DNA from: Isurus oxyrinchus
Lineage: Eukaryota
Assembly (NCBI GenBank): GCA_026770705.1
Contig: JANJGN010000022.1
Location: 47,554,001 to 47,618,000, forward strand
DNA length: 64,000 bases
Reading direction: 5' to 3'
Below the pieces are notes generated by a model, which worked only from the letters and a program-made list of their open reading frames with translations, was not told the origin of the DNA and did not search any database. The position numbers and the translations under genes are program-made. This document shows, piece by piece, positions 49,946 through 63,232 of this stretch (the stretch's first letter is position 1; the number at the start of each line of letters is the position of its first letter).

Positions 49946-52022
49946 TGTTATGATCTCATTGAGACTAGTAACTTATTTTAAAAAGAAGAAATCTGAAATT
50001 CTAGCTATTTACTGAAAGAATTAAGCCACAAGATTCCACAGTTTAAAACAAAATAATTTTTACTATACAAGAGTCAAACAAAGCAAACACCAATTACTAA
50101 TTGGGTAACCACATATACTCTAAATGACTGAACATAAATATGAATTGACAAGAAAAATTGTGGTTGATTGTAAACTATAAATTACACAGTAATTGGCAGA
50201 TACAACTAAGACAGATCTTTCAAATTGGTTCGGCAGTCCACTCAGCATAAAATGCCATGAATTTCAGTCACAAGGCCATTCCAAACCTTGTCTTCCTCAC
50301 AAAGGATTTCAGCTTCTCCTCTTCTAGGATTTAGCCTGAACCCCAGCCAACAGCAGCGCACAACTAACCCAAGTTCCATGGGCATGGTCTCTGCTAAAAA
50401 TGGCACATGTTTGCAGAACCTTGTCAACTCTGCTTACAACGTCCTGGATGGTGTAGATCAGCTAATGTTATCTTTAAGTAACAGAAGCAGCTGCAGCAAC
50501 TGTATATTTGTCTATTCTCGGCTTCTGGATAGAGCTCCAACTTCTTCAGCTTGTCTGTACTGCACCACTGGAATCGTCGTCTGAGCTCTGAATGGGTCTT
50601 GTCCTTTTATATGGTTTCAACCAGTTTCAGTCTCCCCAGAAGTTTTGGTTTCCAATTTCAGTTTCAGTCTTAATATTCTTAAACTGGAAGGGTCAATTTC
50701 CTTTTTCAGTTTACTTTTTTTAATTGGGGTCTGTCTCAGAAAATACAACCTTTGCCATGGATTCCATCACAGTTCCAATCCACTTTTTGGGAAAAAAAGA
50801 GCTTTACTGTAGTAAAGTTTTCTTTACAACAGTTCTGAAATGTAGCAAGTTCTTTTCATCCTAAATATTTTAACAAATAGCTTATTACATACCGTACAAA
50901 TAACCTTTTCATAATTTTCAATGACACCCATCCATACATATTTCCAAAACTATAAAGGCTTAGCCAAAGCAAAAGCTAGTAAATGTAACTTTTAGGATTA
51001 GCAGGATTCAAACATCATAGAATTATCATAACTCAAAGCCTGCTGTCACGACCGTGTAAAAGGCATTTCCTCAAAGTGGTTCATGAGCTAAGAATTAGTG
51101 TGTGTATGTAGCCCCCTTTTAATTTGTGAGTGATTCAATTTAAAAAAAATAACCAGCAATAAAGCTTTAGGGCAGGATTTTCCGCACCTGCCCGCTGCCG
51201 GGATCTTTTTGTCCCGCCGTAAGTCAATGGTCTTCTGGCTAGGGTGCTGCCTTGCCTGTGGCGGGACCCATCAGCGACGGGGCTGGACAATCCGGCCTTA
51301 GTCTTAAACAAGATAAAGGTTCGTTTAATACAAAACACTGCCTTAAGTTACTTAAGTAAAACTAATAAAATTACCAACTAAATACGTACAAAGAGCAAAT
51401 GCGAATAAGGATAAAGGCTATTTATAAAGATGAAATTCATTTCAGTTCTTTAAGATATAGTTGCAGGCGGTAGCTTGCAATTGAAGTGTTGGTTGTCTGG
51501 AGTGAAGGGGTGAAGTTCAAGAGTTGTGTTTAGCAGCTATGACAGCAACTGTAGTCAACTTGTCACAGGTTGCCTGTGTTGGTGGACTCAGCAAGTCAGC
51601 AAGTTTTTGGGGGAGAGAGAAGGTTTCTTGTTCCTCACTAGTTCTGTGGCTGTGACACCTGCAGATTGCCTGGACTCTTTCAGTAGAGCAGCAGTTGATT
51701 TCTGAATACCATCCTTTTTGCCCTCTTATCATTCCTAGAGGATTATGTCTCTCTCATTTCTTCCTGGGATTTTGCACAAAATGGCTGTTCTGAGCCAGAC
51801 TTTACAGTTCAAAATTCAAAATGGTTGCTATCCCAAACTGTCAGATCATGCTTCTGTGTTAGGTATTGGGTGTATCCAAATTCCATTAACACCTCCGGGA
51901 TTGACTAATTTCATTACTGGGGTTTCAGAAGAAGAATCAGAAAGGGTCCCTGAAATGTTATTGAATATAAGATGGCATATTGATGAGGAAGTTGAAACCT
52001 TCTCAGAGACTAATGGATGACA
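49946..52022. mobile_element. Two adjacent LTR-like sequences (~49946-51030 and ~51044-52022)
   Basis: The TGTTATGATC start is homologous to the 40629 LTR. The second begins TGTCACGA and may end at TGACA 52022. Both are non-coding. Confidence 0.45.
51170..51297. mobile_element. 128-bp Harbinger/Tourist-type MITE with TTA TSD
   Basis: TTA|GGGCAGGATTTTCC...GGACAATCCGGCC|TTA. Confidence 0.88.
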
Positions 52023-52059
52023 AGTGGACAGGAGTCCATTAAATTATTCTGACGGCATT

Positions 52060-52460
52060 GTCATGTAGGAATAAGAAAGACTCAGGCTAAATTAATTAAG
52101 CACTTTTATTGGCCAGGAATGCATGGAGGTGTGGTTGAATTCTGCAAGACATGTCATGCGTCAACTATTTGGGAAGCCCCGGCCTTCAATTAAACCAGCT
52201 GCAATGATCCCAATGCTTGCTTTTGATGAATCATTTAGTAGGGTTCTAGTGGATTGTATGGAACCCCGACCCAAAACCTAATAGCAATATCTTTTAACCA
52301 TCATGGATTTGTCTACCTGATTCCCAGAGTTAATCCCATAAGAAAAACTACTGCAAAGGTGATAATGGGTTAATTCAGTTTTTTTACACAGGTATGGGTT
52401 ACTCAGTGAGGTCCAGTCTGATCAGGAACAAAATTTCACATCACGAGTACTCTTAAGAGG
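52060..52460 (+). pseudogene. Gypsy (Gmr1-like) integrase fragment
   Basis: HFYWPGMH..VVEFCKTCHACQ..GKP..IKPA and FSRVLVDC, QYLLTIMDLST, EVQSDQ; frameshifted. Confidence 0.8.
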
Positions 52461-52929
52461 TAAATTATGTAATTAGTACCCTGGACAGGAGGAAACATCA
52501 ACAAGTTTGTTATATAAATATGTTGAAAAGGTATTATAACAGGGAGGGGAGTCAACAAGTGACTGTACTCCAGGTTTTAAAGAAAAATGGTGATATGAAT
52601 ACACTTGAGGATTCAAACGATGAGTCAGAGGTTGAAAGTTGTCAAAATACACTGAGACCATCCTTGCAAATGAGGCTCTGCCTCCTAGGCTTCAATCAAA
52701 TAATTTAGCCTTGCAATTCTTCAGGGTCTTTAAACTCATTGAAATTTCTGGAAAAAATGTCACATCTAACCAAACACCTGAGGGAAGAATCTCCTTGACT
52801 GTCCTGAGCTACGTGCGCCACTTTAGCAGGTTTTGAGGGAACACTTTGCAAGTGTATAATTACTACTGTTTTATAATCTGTTTAGTGGTGCTGTTTTTTT
52901 CCAAAGACTCCTTAGGTATTCCTATTACT

Positions 52930-54095
52930 GCCACAGATTTAATTTTCAGCTTCCAACAATTCACTTTTAAATGCCCAGCCTTACAGCAATGAAAGCATAC
53001 TGCTTTCTTTATATCACTTTAAATCTCCATACTAGCATTCGTATTGACTAAAGCCAGAATATTTTCTATTCTGAAACATTCAAATCCTTTGGTTTTTCCT
53101 GTGAGTTTACAAATAGAGATCTGTCCCCTAGCTGCTTATGTGAGAAATCACGCCCATCTGCCTGACCTGCAGTTTCCTTTGTTTCAGAAATCTTATGGTC
53201 TTCCAGGTATGAATTAATAGTTATTGGGGTGCTGGTTCTACATTCTTCCATTATTATTACTCCTCCCAGATTCTCAAAGATTCCCTCTTATAGGTCAAAC
53301 AACATTCCTTCCTCCCTAGCAAAGTTTGCAAATGTTTGGTTTTGTATTTTCTTTAAAGCCTGAAGTTTTTAACAATCACTTGGGGCACAAGCTCGTGACA
53401 TAACATAATAGGAGCAGGAGAAGACCATATGGCCCAGAAGTATTAAGTACCACAGTTTTAATCGTTTCAGAATCGGAAGACTATTCATCTGAAAGACTTG
53501 AATAAACATCAAATGCTTTTTTTACTAAGAAAGTTTGCAAAAGAATGGTCCACTTGTGGCCACGCTGATTTTGTAGCAGTTTTTTCAAAGGACACAAAGT
53601 ACCTTTCAACTCCTTTCTCACTAAATTTAGGCATGAGATGAATATTCCTAGTTAAATCAAAACCCAGAGATGAATTAAAATCATCATCCAATCTACCAGT
53701 CATTCCCTGTCCAGGTAAACAAAGCCTTTCTTTATCCAGTTCATGCTGCCTGATTTTTTCATCTCTTTGAATCTCTCTTTCCTATTCCCTTTCCGCCCTT
53801 GGTAACATCTCTTTCTGGAATACAATTTAAAACTTCCGCAATCCTCTTTTTCCATTTCAAGTTGCTTCATCTGCAACTGAATCCTAGCTAACTCAATCTG
53901 CAATTTATCTAGGTCAAGGATTTTCTTCTTCCACTTCCAACTGCTGTGCTATTGCCTTAATTATTTTGGCTTTTGAGCCCCTACTTTTAACTCGTCAGCT
54001 TTTCTGCTAATGCTGTTAACCTAACTTTTATTAATTGTTGCAAGTCACTGAGGAATACATCTCAAGAGAAGCCCCAGCAATTGACAAACCCATTT
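52930..54095 (-). pseudogene. Gmr1-like Gypsy gag relic (coiled coil, SCAN-like region, CCHC knuckle)
   Basis: QIELARIQLQMKQLE, MPKFSEKGVERYFVSFEK, and CFHCCKAGHLKVNC near 52950-53000. Confidence 0.8.
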
Positions 54096-54614
54096 TGCTT
54101 TCCAATAGAGTAAAATTCACCATGAAATCAGGTTGACCTAAACTTTAGCAAAACCCTGCAAAGAGCCTTACATTTTGTTATGATTTAAGTGGAGACAATG
54201 AGCGGAATCATCCCAGAATTGCATTTTACCTGGCGGGTTTTCACGCTGTATTGTTCCCTTCCTGCCTCATAAATAATGCAGTCATGGAGGACACACCGTC
54301 TCCTTACTACCTGACATTACTGCTTCCTATCCTCCCTACAATAGTATGGTTTTAACATGTTGATGTGACATACCAATTCTTCTTCCTGCGATCTTGGGTG
54401 TCTATCAAATTATTTACTGACCCTCTTAACTACCCTGTATAGACCGTGCTTTCCTGTAAAGGTAATAATGTTAACGCTTCATCCCTGGTTGAAATGTTTG
54501 GGTTTCAGTTTTTTTTATCTGCCCATTCCTTCACCTTTGTTCGAGAAACTTTATAAGATGTTCTTGAGCCACTTTATAGGCTCCTGTGAGCTGTTCCTGG
54601 AACATGGACACATA

Positions 54615-55234
54615 GGGCAGAATTTTCCTGTCGGCAATTTGGGAGCGGGGCCTGCTCACCGACAGGAAAGTGACACGGGACGACGTTGGGAGGAACAGTG
54701 AAATTAGCTGTCTGTCCGCTGACCTGTCAATGGCCAATTAAGGCCATTGACAGGATAATTAAGATAATTAAAGACCCTGCCCGTCCAACCTTAAGGCTGG
54801 TGGGTAGGCCAGGAGCCCCAGCGGGCTTCTGATAATACATGAAACCTCATCCACTGGGGGGATGAAGTTTCATGTTCCCTTTTATAAACTTTAATAAAGT
54901 TTGTGCTTCTTATTAACATGTCCCATCTCGTGTGACACATGAGGAGGACATGTTAATCATTTTTATATTTTTCAAGTTTTTTGCACTGTCAATAATCTCC
55001 CTGAGACAGCACTTAGTCTGAGGGAGATGTGCGCACTTTGACAGATGGGGAATCCCAATCCCTCCCCCGTACAGGAAGTGCATAGTGCTCCCTGTCGGGC
55101 ATGCTGTTGGGCGGGCCTTAATTGGCCTGCCCAGTCAAAATGGCGGTGGGCCCAGTTTTGGCGGCGGAGTTTGGCTGTCCGCCTGCCGCCGAGCTGGTGG
55201 GGCCTGCCCGCCCATCAAGGGAAAAATTTTGGCT
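54615..55234. mobile_element. Harbinger MITE inserted in the Gypsy integrase
   Basis: GGGCAGAATTTTCC...GAAAAATTTTGGC termini; integrase sequence continues on both sides. Confidence 0.82.
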
Positions 55235-57227
55235 GTAATCTATTATACATGTTTTGTCCCTCTGTCCTAAAAACATTTCTTTGGTTAATTTCAGAGGACC
55301 TCATCTCATGTCCATAGATTAATTCAAAAGGTCTAAAACCGGTAGGTTCATACAGTGAATCTTGGGTGGCAAATAAAAGAAAGCCCAATCCATTGTCCCA
55401 CTCATGGGGATATTCACGACAATGTGCTTTAATCATTGTATCTGTGGATGGTATGCCTTGGACTTTAACTGTTTTATATCCAAACTACTCATTATGTTTT
55501 GAAAATTTTTAGACATAAAATTGGAATCTTGATCTGACTGGACCTCCATCGGTAATCCAAGTCTCGTAAAAAATTGGGTTAACTCCTCTACCACGGCCTT
55601 AGTTATAATCGTTCTCAAAGGGATGGCCTCTGGAAATTGAGCTGTCATATCTGTAATAGCAAAGGATATATTGGTATCCCGCTTTCATTTTCGGTAATGA
55701 TCCCACACAGTCTACTAACACCCTACTAAATGGTTCTCACAAATTTGGTATGGGAATTAAAGGTGCAGGTTTGATTGCATGCTGTGGTTTTCCCACCATC
55801 GGGCATGTTTTACAAAACTGCACCATGTCCTTGTGAAGACCTGGCCAGTAAAAATGTTGACTTCTACTTGCTTGGGTCTTTCGGACCCCTACATGTCCTG
55901 CCATAGGAATCTCATGAGCTACCATTAATGTTTCCTGACTATATTTGGGCGGTACCACTACCAGTTGAACCACTGCCCACTCTTCGTCCGCAGGTCTGTG
56001 AGGTGGTCTGCGCTTCCTTATCAGCATCATAATTTTAATATAGTAGCATTCTGGAACCCCTTATGCTTTAGCTTTGGTTTGAGCTGATTGTGCCACTCTA
56101 CTTAACTCTGGATCGGCTTGCTGAGCTTCAATCAGAGACGATTTACTGATCATTTCCTTTGGATTATCCAAATCCCCAAAGAAAGTTTCAGATAGCGAAA
56201 TATCTGTTTGTGATGCCAATTTTCCCTCTGACAATGGAACTTGTTTAGCCATTGCTCAGGTCACTACACCAGAAGGAAAAATTCTTGGAATCTTTTCCTG
56301 CAACTGCTCTGTTTCCTCGATTTCACTTGGTCTTCCCGTAACTACAGGAAAAGCTACTATTTTTGCTCTGGCCAAATCATTTCCAAGGAGTAAGTCAACT
56401 CCACCTACAGGCAAACTATGAACAGCTTCTACTGTTATCAGTCCAGGTGCACCTGACACAAAAGTGCAGGTGTATACTCCCTGCCAATACCATTCAGTAA
56501 AACATTGGCATCTAGTGAACTCTGGTGGAAAGTCAGGCCTTTCCCCAGAGAAAGAATTTAGGTAGCCCCTGCATCCCTAAGTGTAACTATAGGTTTGCCT
56601 GTTTCATTTGAGGAATAAGGAGTTACTTTTCCTTTTGACAAGAATTTCCTGTAGCTTTCAGATGTCTTTTTCACCCCACTGCATTCTCAGCAACGTTCAC
56701 ACTCGGACTCACAGCTGCAATTAACATTACAACTTCAGCAGCTGTATTTTTAGTTGGGGCTTTTACACACCCCAATAAGTCCCGTGGATTTCCCATGCAA
56801 CTTCCAGCAATTTTTCTGAATTTGTCCACCTTGTTACAATGGAAACAATTAGGACTTCAGGATGTCACTCTCACCTCAGAACGTTCCTTTCTAGTTTGAA
56901 GAGGAGATTTCAGCATATTCCCAGTTGTTCCTTCTCTTCCCTGGATACTTGTCTTCCTTTTGCCCTCCCACTTTCTATCCTTCTCTGGTCTGTTGGGGTG
57001 ATGGAAAAGGGTTCGGATTTATGGACAAGCTCCTAATCATCAGCCATCTCCACTGCTGTCTAGCTGGTGAAACCTTCTGGTTCTCTACATGAGTTCCTGC
57101 TACTGGAGGGAATGAATTTTTAAATTCCTTCTGGAGAATTATTTCCCTAAGAGTCTCATTTGTGGCCTCTACCTTTAGTGCCCATATCCAACGATCAAAT
57201 CTAGTTTACTCGGGGTGGGGGGTGGGA

Positions 57228-57530
57228 GATGGTGGCATAGTGGTATTGAGTAATTCTCTGAGGTACCCGGTTTCGGTGAAACTTGAATTCAATAAAAATC
57301 TGGAATTAAAAGTCTAATGATGAGCATGAAACCATTGCCGATTATTGTAAAAACCCATCTGTTTCACTAATATCCCTTAGGGAAGGAAATGTGCTATCCT
57401 TACCTGGTCTGGCTATGTGTGATTCCAGACCCTCAGCAGTGTGGTTAACGTTTTTAAAAAATGCCCTCTGAGCAAGGGCAATAATTGCTGGCCTGGCCAG
57501 TAATGCCCACATCCCAAGAACAAATGTAAA
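57228..57530 (+). mobile_element. tRNA-headed SINE inserted in Gypsy gag
   Basis: GGTGGCATAGTGGT A-box head; tail GGCCTGGCCAGTAATGCCCACATCCC is shared with the second LINE family. Confidence 0.7.
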
Positions 57531-58233
57531 GAACCTCACAAATTCAATATAGGCTTGTTCAGGATGTTTCCCTATGTTACAAAACTTGCCTGTATACCTC
57601 AGACAAATGCACTAAGAATAGCTTTCTATAGCACCATAATCCATAGACATCTGAAAGTGATGCATAAACCTCATGAGCTCTGCCCACTAATCTACTTTGT
57701 AGGAGCAATGTCCAGTTTCCTTTTGGCCACTTCATTTGCTTAGCTACCTTCTCAAACAAAATGAAGGGTGCCTCTATGTTCCTTTCCTCAAACTTTGGAA
57801 GGACATGTACAAATTTAAACATCTCCACATTGGACTCTGGGTTGGGAAAAGTTATTCCATCCGCAAAACAATCCCCAACATCTGGTACCTCTATTTAAAT
57901 TCCAGCCTTTTAAGCTGGTATTCCCTTTCTTGTTCCTCTTCCCTTACCTGAACTTCCAGTTCCAGCTGCTTAAATGCTCTTTCTCTTTCGGCTCTTTCCT
58001 GTCCAAATTTAAGTTTCTTCATTTCTTTTTCGTGTTCAGACTACCTCATTTGCAACCGAATCCTAGCTAACTCAATTGACTCATCCCCTGGAGAATGTGG
58101 TCTCTCTCATATCCCTTCCAGTTTCAAATGCTGCGCTATTACCTCAACCATCTCTGCCCTCCTCACCTCTTCAGTTAATTCTAACTTCAACTTATCTGCC
58201 AATTCCCTTAGCTCAGCCTTGGGTACTTTTTGA

Positions 58234-61200
58234 CATCTCATATTCACAAACCCATCACACATCCACAGGGCCCTCACTCACTGCCAGTTCAAAGGACATC
58301 ACCATTCACACTCTCACACACGCCTTCATTGTCCTCAGCCCGTCTATGGGACCACTCACCACCTGCACAGGCCAGGCATACTTATCATCTGGCCCGGCAG
58401 GTATCCTGCTTACACTTTCTCCATCTCTATCCATGTAGGACAAGCTGGCACACGACACAAGAGAGGACGCAGACTGGTGGTGGAATGCTTGAAATCAAGG
58501 TTCTCATAGACTTAAAAAACAGAGCCATCCAGCTAGCTGGTGAGAATCTGGACCGGTCCTGTGCTGATGGTGAGGTTGGCACTGCTCTACTAAGTGAGGA
58601 TCCAGCAGTGCAACATCCATCAGACAACCATGCTGTGAGTAATGAGTCTTGTTTCCCAGGCCACTGCCATGCACTAATTCTCTCTCCTTGCTTTCACAGG
58701 CACATCTGCCAAACAGCCGATAGAGTCCATGACCTAGGGCCTCCAACCAAGCCCCTCTGAAGAGCCCCCAAGGGAGCTCTGAAGGGGAATCTGAAGGCTT
58801 CTCAAAGTCCTGTCGCAGCACTCACCTGCACCCCCCACCAGCATAGAGAGACACACCTCGGTGGGACCTAGCTTTAGAATAGACACGGGATCACAATCTG
58901 ATGAGCACGTCACACTGCCTGATTGATAGCAGGTGGAGGCAGGGACTTCCTAGGTTTCTGGCACCTGGAGGACTGCTGGAGGCCAGAAATTTGCTGAGTC
59001 CGAGTTAGATGATGGACTCGGTCATGTCACAGTTGCTGGAATTGCAAAGGCTAGCTCGGGAACATCAGGAAGGGATGTCTGCTGCACCCCTCAGATTGCA
59101 AGGCACGATGGAAGAGTCCGTCTGCCTTCAGGCTGAGTTGATAGTGCTGGCATGCCAATGTACTGGGGTCAACACTGGTAGGATGGGGCTGCCATGGAGA
59201 CCTTGGTCCAAGATGTCGCTCCTGTGTTGTTGCATGGGTTCAACTCCATCGCTGACACTATAGTTGGCTTACAACAGTGTGTACTTGAGAAGGGTGTGGG
59301 GCAGCTCGGTCGCACTCCAGCTACCCCTTCCCCTCAAGGAGTCAGCCAGGGATCTGTGGGCACCCATAGGGAGGAGATCAGTAGGTGCACACTCCTGGTC
59401 CATCCACCTAGGTGACTTTGGGAGTGACCGGCCCATCCGAATCCCCTCTTCCTATGACCTCAGCAGCTGCAGCTTCACAGGGCAAGGAGGGTGCCGCTGC
59501 CACACAGCAGGACCTCGAGAGCAGGCTGCGGCCCTCCAGAGGACACCCGTTAAAGTCATCACAGATAGGGCATCACAGTCAGCAGGCTGCCTCCACCTCC
59601 GCTGTGGATGTCTGGGGAGCACCAAGACGTGGAGGCAGGGTTAGAAAAGTTAAGGAGAATTAGTTGGGTATGGGCGTTAATCACTGCTCACTATTGTCAA
59701 TAAACTCTCAAGAATGTCTCCCTGCCTATGGCTCCTTGTTCTGATGAGCAGTGTTCTTGTCATTCAGATGTAAAACCTTTCTGCACAAGATAAAGGCAGG
59801 TGTCTCAGTCCAGGGCCTCTTCCCTGTGTCTGTGCAGCCTTCAGACCAAAGTGATGGTCCGGCCCCTCACTCCCTGGAACATTGCTGATGCCTGCACTTC
59901 GGCAGTGTTGGTCATTGCTGCCCAAATGTAGTGGGCAGGCACCACAGAGTTCTCTCATTCTCTCAATGTGCTCTCAGCACCTATAAGGTGGGGCTGGCCC
60001 CCATCTCTTCAGCATCTGTGATCACTGATGCTGTGCTCCAGCTCCTGAAGGGCTCAGGTGCTGAAGGCAGACAAAGCATCAGCTGCTTCTAAAGCTTCTT
60101 GGCTGCATTTCTATGATATAACCCTGATCATGGAATGCAAGCGAGTTGCCCTCAGCCAGACAGGAGTCAGACATTCTCAGAGGCTATGTGAAGATTTATG
60201 GAGTGCCCTCACTACATGTCGTCTTCATCCTCCTGCAATCGAACGACTATTAGGGCCTCCACTGCATCTCCATGACAGGAGCAGTCTCACAGAGGTTATT
60301 CTTGCTGCCATAGCCAGACTGGAGTCAAACATTCACAGATGCGCTGTGAGGATCTGTGGGTCCACCTCACTGTATGTCGTCATATTCCTCCACAAATCTA
60401 GCAGCTATGAGAGCCTCCAGAGCGTGCCTGCCTCGTCTAGCCAATGTAAGGGCCTCATCTCCGTCATCATCGCCTCCGAGGACTTCCTCACCCTCACCCC
60501 CATCGGCGGCATCCTCATTGGAGGAGACATGCAGCTCCACCATCTGCTCCTCAGCCAGCCTGTCTCCCCTTTGGAGTGCCAGGTTGTAAAGGACACAGCA
60601 GACGACAATGATGCATGACACTCTCTGCGGACTGCGTTGCAGGGCTCCACCAGACTGGCCTAGGCGCCGGAACCTCATCTCCAGCACCCGGATGGTCTGC
60701 TCCACCAAGTTGCGAGCTGCAGCATAAGCCTCATTATACCATTGCTCTGCTGCAGTCTGAAGCCGCCGCCCGGGTGTCATCACCCACGGCTTCTGTGGGT
60801 AGCCATTGTCCCCGTACAGCCTTCCCTGCAGCTTTTATGGACCCTGGATGACTCCAGGGATCTGTGATTTGAGGGCGTAGGCATCATACACCTTCTCTAG
60901 AAAATGTGTACACGCTTGCAGGATGTGTTCCTGGTGGTTGCATACTAGCTGCACATTCAATGAGTGGAATCCCTTGCAGTTGATGTAGTCTGCTGTGTGC
61001 ACCGATGAAGGCCTGAGCGCCACATGGATACAGTAGATTGCAATCTGCACCAATAGGAATCCTGAGATCCGGGCGAATCCAATGGCCCTTGCATCCTGAT
61101 TGTCCCGGTCCCGGGTGAAATGCACAAAGTTGTGTGCACTTGAGAAGATGGCACCCGTGACCTTATGGGTTCATTTGTGGCGGTGGCTTGTGATATCCCA

Positions 61201-62816
61201 CAGAGGTCTCCTGTGGAGCCCTGAAGGGAGCCACTGGCATAGAAATTGAATGCCACAGTCACTTTCACAGCCACTGGCACCAAGTCCTACAGTAATTGGC
61301 AGATGTGAGGGACCAGGTCCCTCGACATGCACAGTTGTCAGTAACACTGGTTCCTGGTCATCTGCAGGAATGACAGGTTGTGACTGTAGACCCTGGGCGT
61401 GACTAGGCACTGACCAGCCACGGCTTGCTGTCACACCTGAACAGCGTGTTCGGGAGCTGCAGCAGCCCTTTCTTCCTGAGATTGCTGCTCCTGCCTTTAC
61501 ATGGCTAGGTGCCTCAGTCACTCCCTCCTCCGCCTTAGCACTCTGTGGGCCATCAGGCATACAGCTAGGTCACCAGGCTCCATGCTCCTGATGTGGTCCT
61601 CCTGCAAAATGAAAGAGAGAGAGACATGGTTGGCATGGGTGAACTTAGTATCTTTCCTGGCCCTGTGTGATGGCCCCTTAACGCTTCCTGGGAACTGCTG
61701 GCCACCCCTCGGATGGCTAGAAATGAGTGCGCTGCATGGCTGCCCTGTCAGCCTGCGACATTGGGGACAAAGCTCCTAACTGGGTTGCAGAGATTGCAAA
61801 GGGCTGTGAACATCTCCAGCAGTGACTGCTACATGGCCAGCATTGTGGAGGAGATTGTACAATGTCTGCAGTCCAACTGCTCTGCGGTCCAGTAAAGTGG
61901 TTGCAGACTTGCAGTCTGTGCCAGGAGTGGGGGGGCTGGGGAGGGGGTAGGGGGTAAGATCTGGAGCACTTGGGTGGCACTTTGGTGCCTCCACTTTGCT
62001 TGTACTGGTGGGCAGACTTGGAGCCTGACCCCATTCATATCAGTGTGACTGTGCCTGAACTGTCTCAGTTGCAGAGGAATGCTCAGTTTATAAAGATGTC
62101 CCTACTGCATGGCCACTTCCCTCGCATATCCTCCCCCCACAACTCAATTTCTTATCTGTGGGATCCAATGCCAGGGAAGCAGTCTCCCCCTCCACCCCCC
62201 CAGACAACAGCAACAGTCACCTCTGAGGCTAGGCAGCAGACCCCCACTCCCCTCCCCCCGGCAACAGCAACAGTCGCCTCCATGGATGAGCAGCAGTTGC
62301 CCCCGGACACCCCATGCCCGACAACAGTCGCCTCTGAGGCTGGGCAGCAGTTGCCCCCTGAGTTGCCCCCTGACACCACACCCTCCCCCCCCCCCCCCGA
62401 AAGCAGTCGCCTCCGAGGCAGGGTGGCACCTTACCCAGGGCCCCTGGCACCCCTGAAGCCTGCAAAGCAACAGGCAACCCTAGCGAGATGTGGAAAATGA
62501 TGCTGTTCACTCACCTCAGTTCCCCCAAAGTGAAGGCCGCCAAGTACACGTCGCCCATTGTGAAACACATCAACATGCTTTCCCGCCAGCATGGACAGAT
62601 GATCCAGCAGGGGGTCCAAGAGCCTGGTGGGATGGCCTCTTAATGATATGCTGATGTATTACAGTGAGCTTCCCGATGATTGTTGGTGAGAAACACGGCC
62701 TGCCGAAGGCGGGCTGAGAGGACCTGCCTTCCTGCCATCGTGAAACTGATCGCCCTATTTTCTTCACGCACACCACCTATCAAACCCTCTGCTAATGGGC
62801 ACGGAAAATTCCACCC
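58234..62816. mobile_element. Second PIF/Harbinger transposon (left end deleted) inserted in the Gypsy element
   Basis: Right TIR GGAAAATTCCACCC ends at 62816. Myb-like exon DKLAH..ERTQTGGG at 58439, last exon ending RKVKEN* at 59663. Convergent transposase. Confidence 0.85.
60367..61590 (-). pseudogene. Harbinger transposase, frameshifted
   Basis: FYASGSLQGSTGD, AIYCIHV (catalytic D lost), KGFHSLNVQLVC, VEQTIRVLEMRFR, CCVLYN. Confidence 0.88.
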
Positions 62817-62888
62817 TTGGTATCTGTCTTTTTATCCTTTAACAATTATTATTAATCTGTATCTAATCACTCTTAGTCCACACTTTAA

Positions 62889-62906
62889 ATACCGGACGAA
62901 CCCCCA
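62889..62906 (-). other. Primer binding site complementary to tRNA-Pro
   Basis: Minus strand TGGGGGTTCGTCCGGTAT versus canonical TGGGGGCTCGTCCGGGAT, 6 nt after the LTR end (...TAACA). Confidence 0.85.
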
Positions 62907-63060
62907 ATCTTATGTTACGGACCATGATGGGAGGAGTGTGCAGTTAATTCTAACCCCACTTCTCTGCAGGTCACTACAATAGTTTAAATGTTTAACTCAC
63001 CCACAAATCTGGCCAATTTTTACCTTTGACACTGTTACTCCCAGCATAAAAAGACTCTCA

Positions 63061-63232
63061 GAGTTAACATTTTGAGTCCGTATGACTCTTCTTAAGACCT
63101 CTGAAGAAGAGTCATATGGACTTGAACAGTTAACTCTGTTTTTCTCTCCACTGATGCTGTTAGACCTGCTGAGTTTTTCCTGCATTTTCTGTTTTTGTTT
63201 CATATTTCCAGCATCCGCAGTACTTTGCTTTT
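63061..63232 (+). mobile_element. Penelope-like solo terminal repeat with inverted hammerhead pair and 15-bp TSD, inside the LTR
   Basis: ATAAAAAGACTCTCA at 63046-63060 and ATAAAAAGATTCTCA at 63233-63247. CTGAAGA-AGAGTC-ATATG-GACTT-GAAC at 63101. Confidence 0.75.

Noticed and set aside
61970-62510. Overlapping Pro/Gln-rich ORFs with ACAGTCGCCTC repeats
   Set aside because: Internal GC-rich repeats of the Harbinger element, open in several frames by composition.
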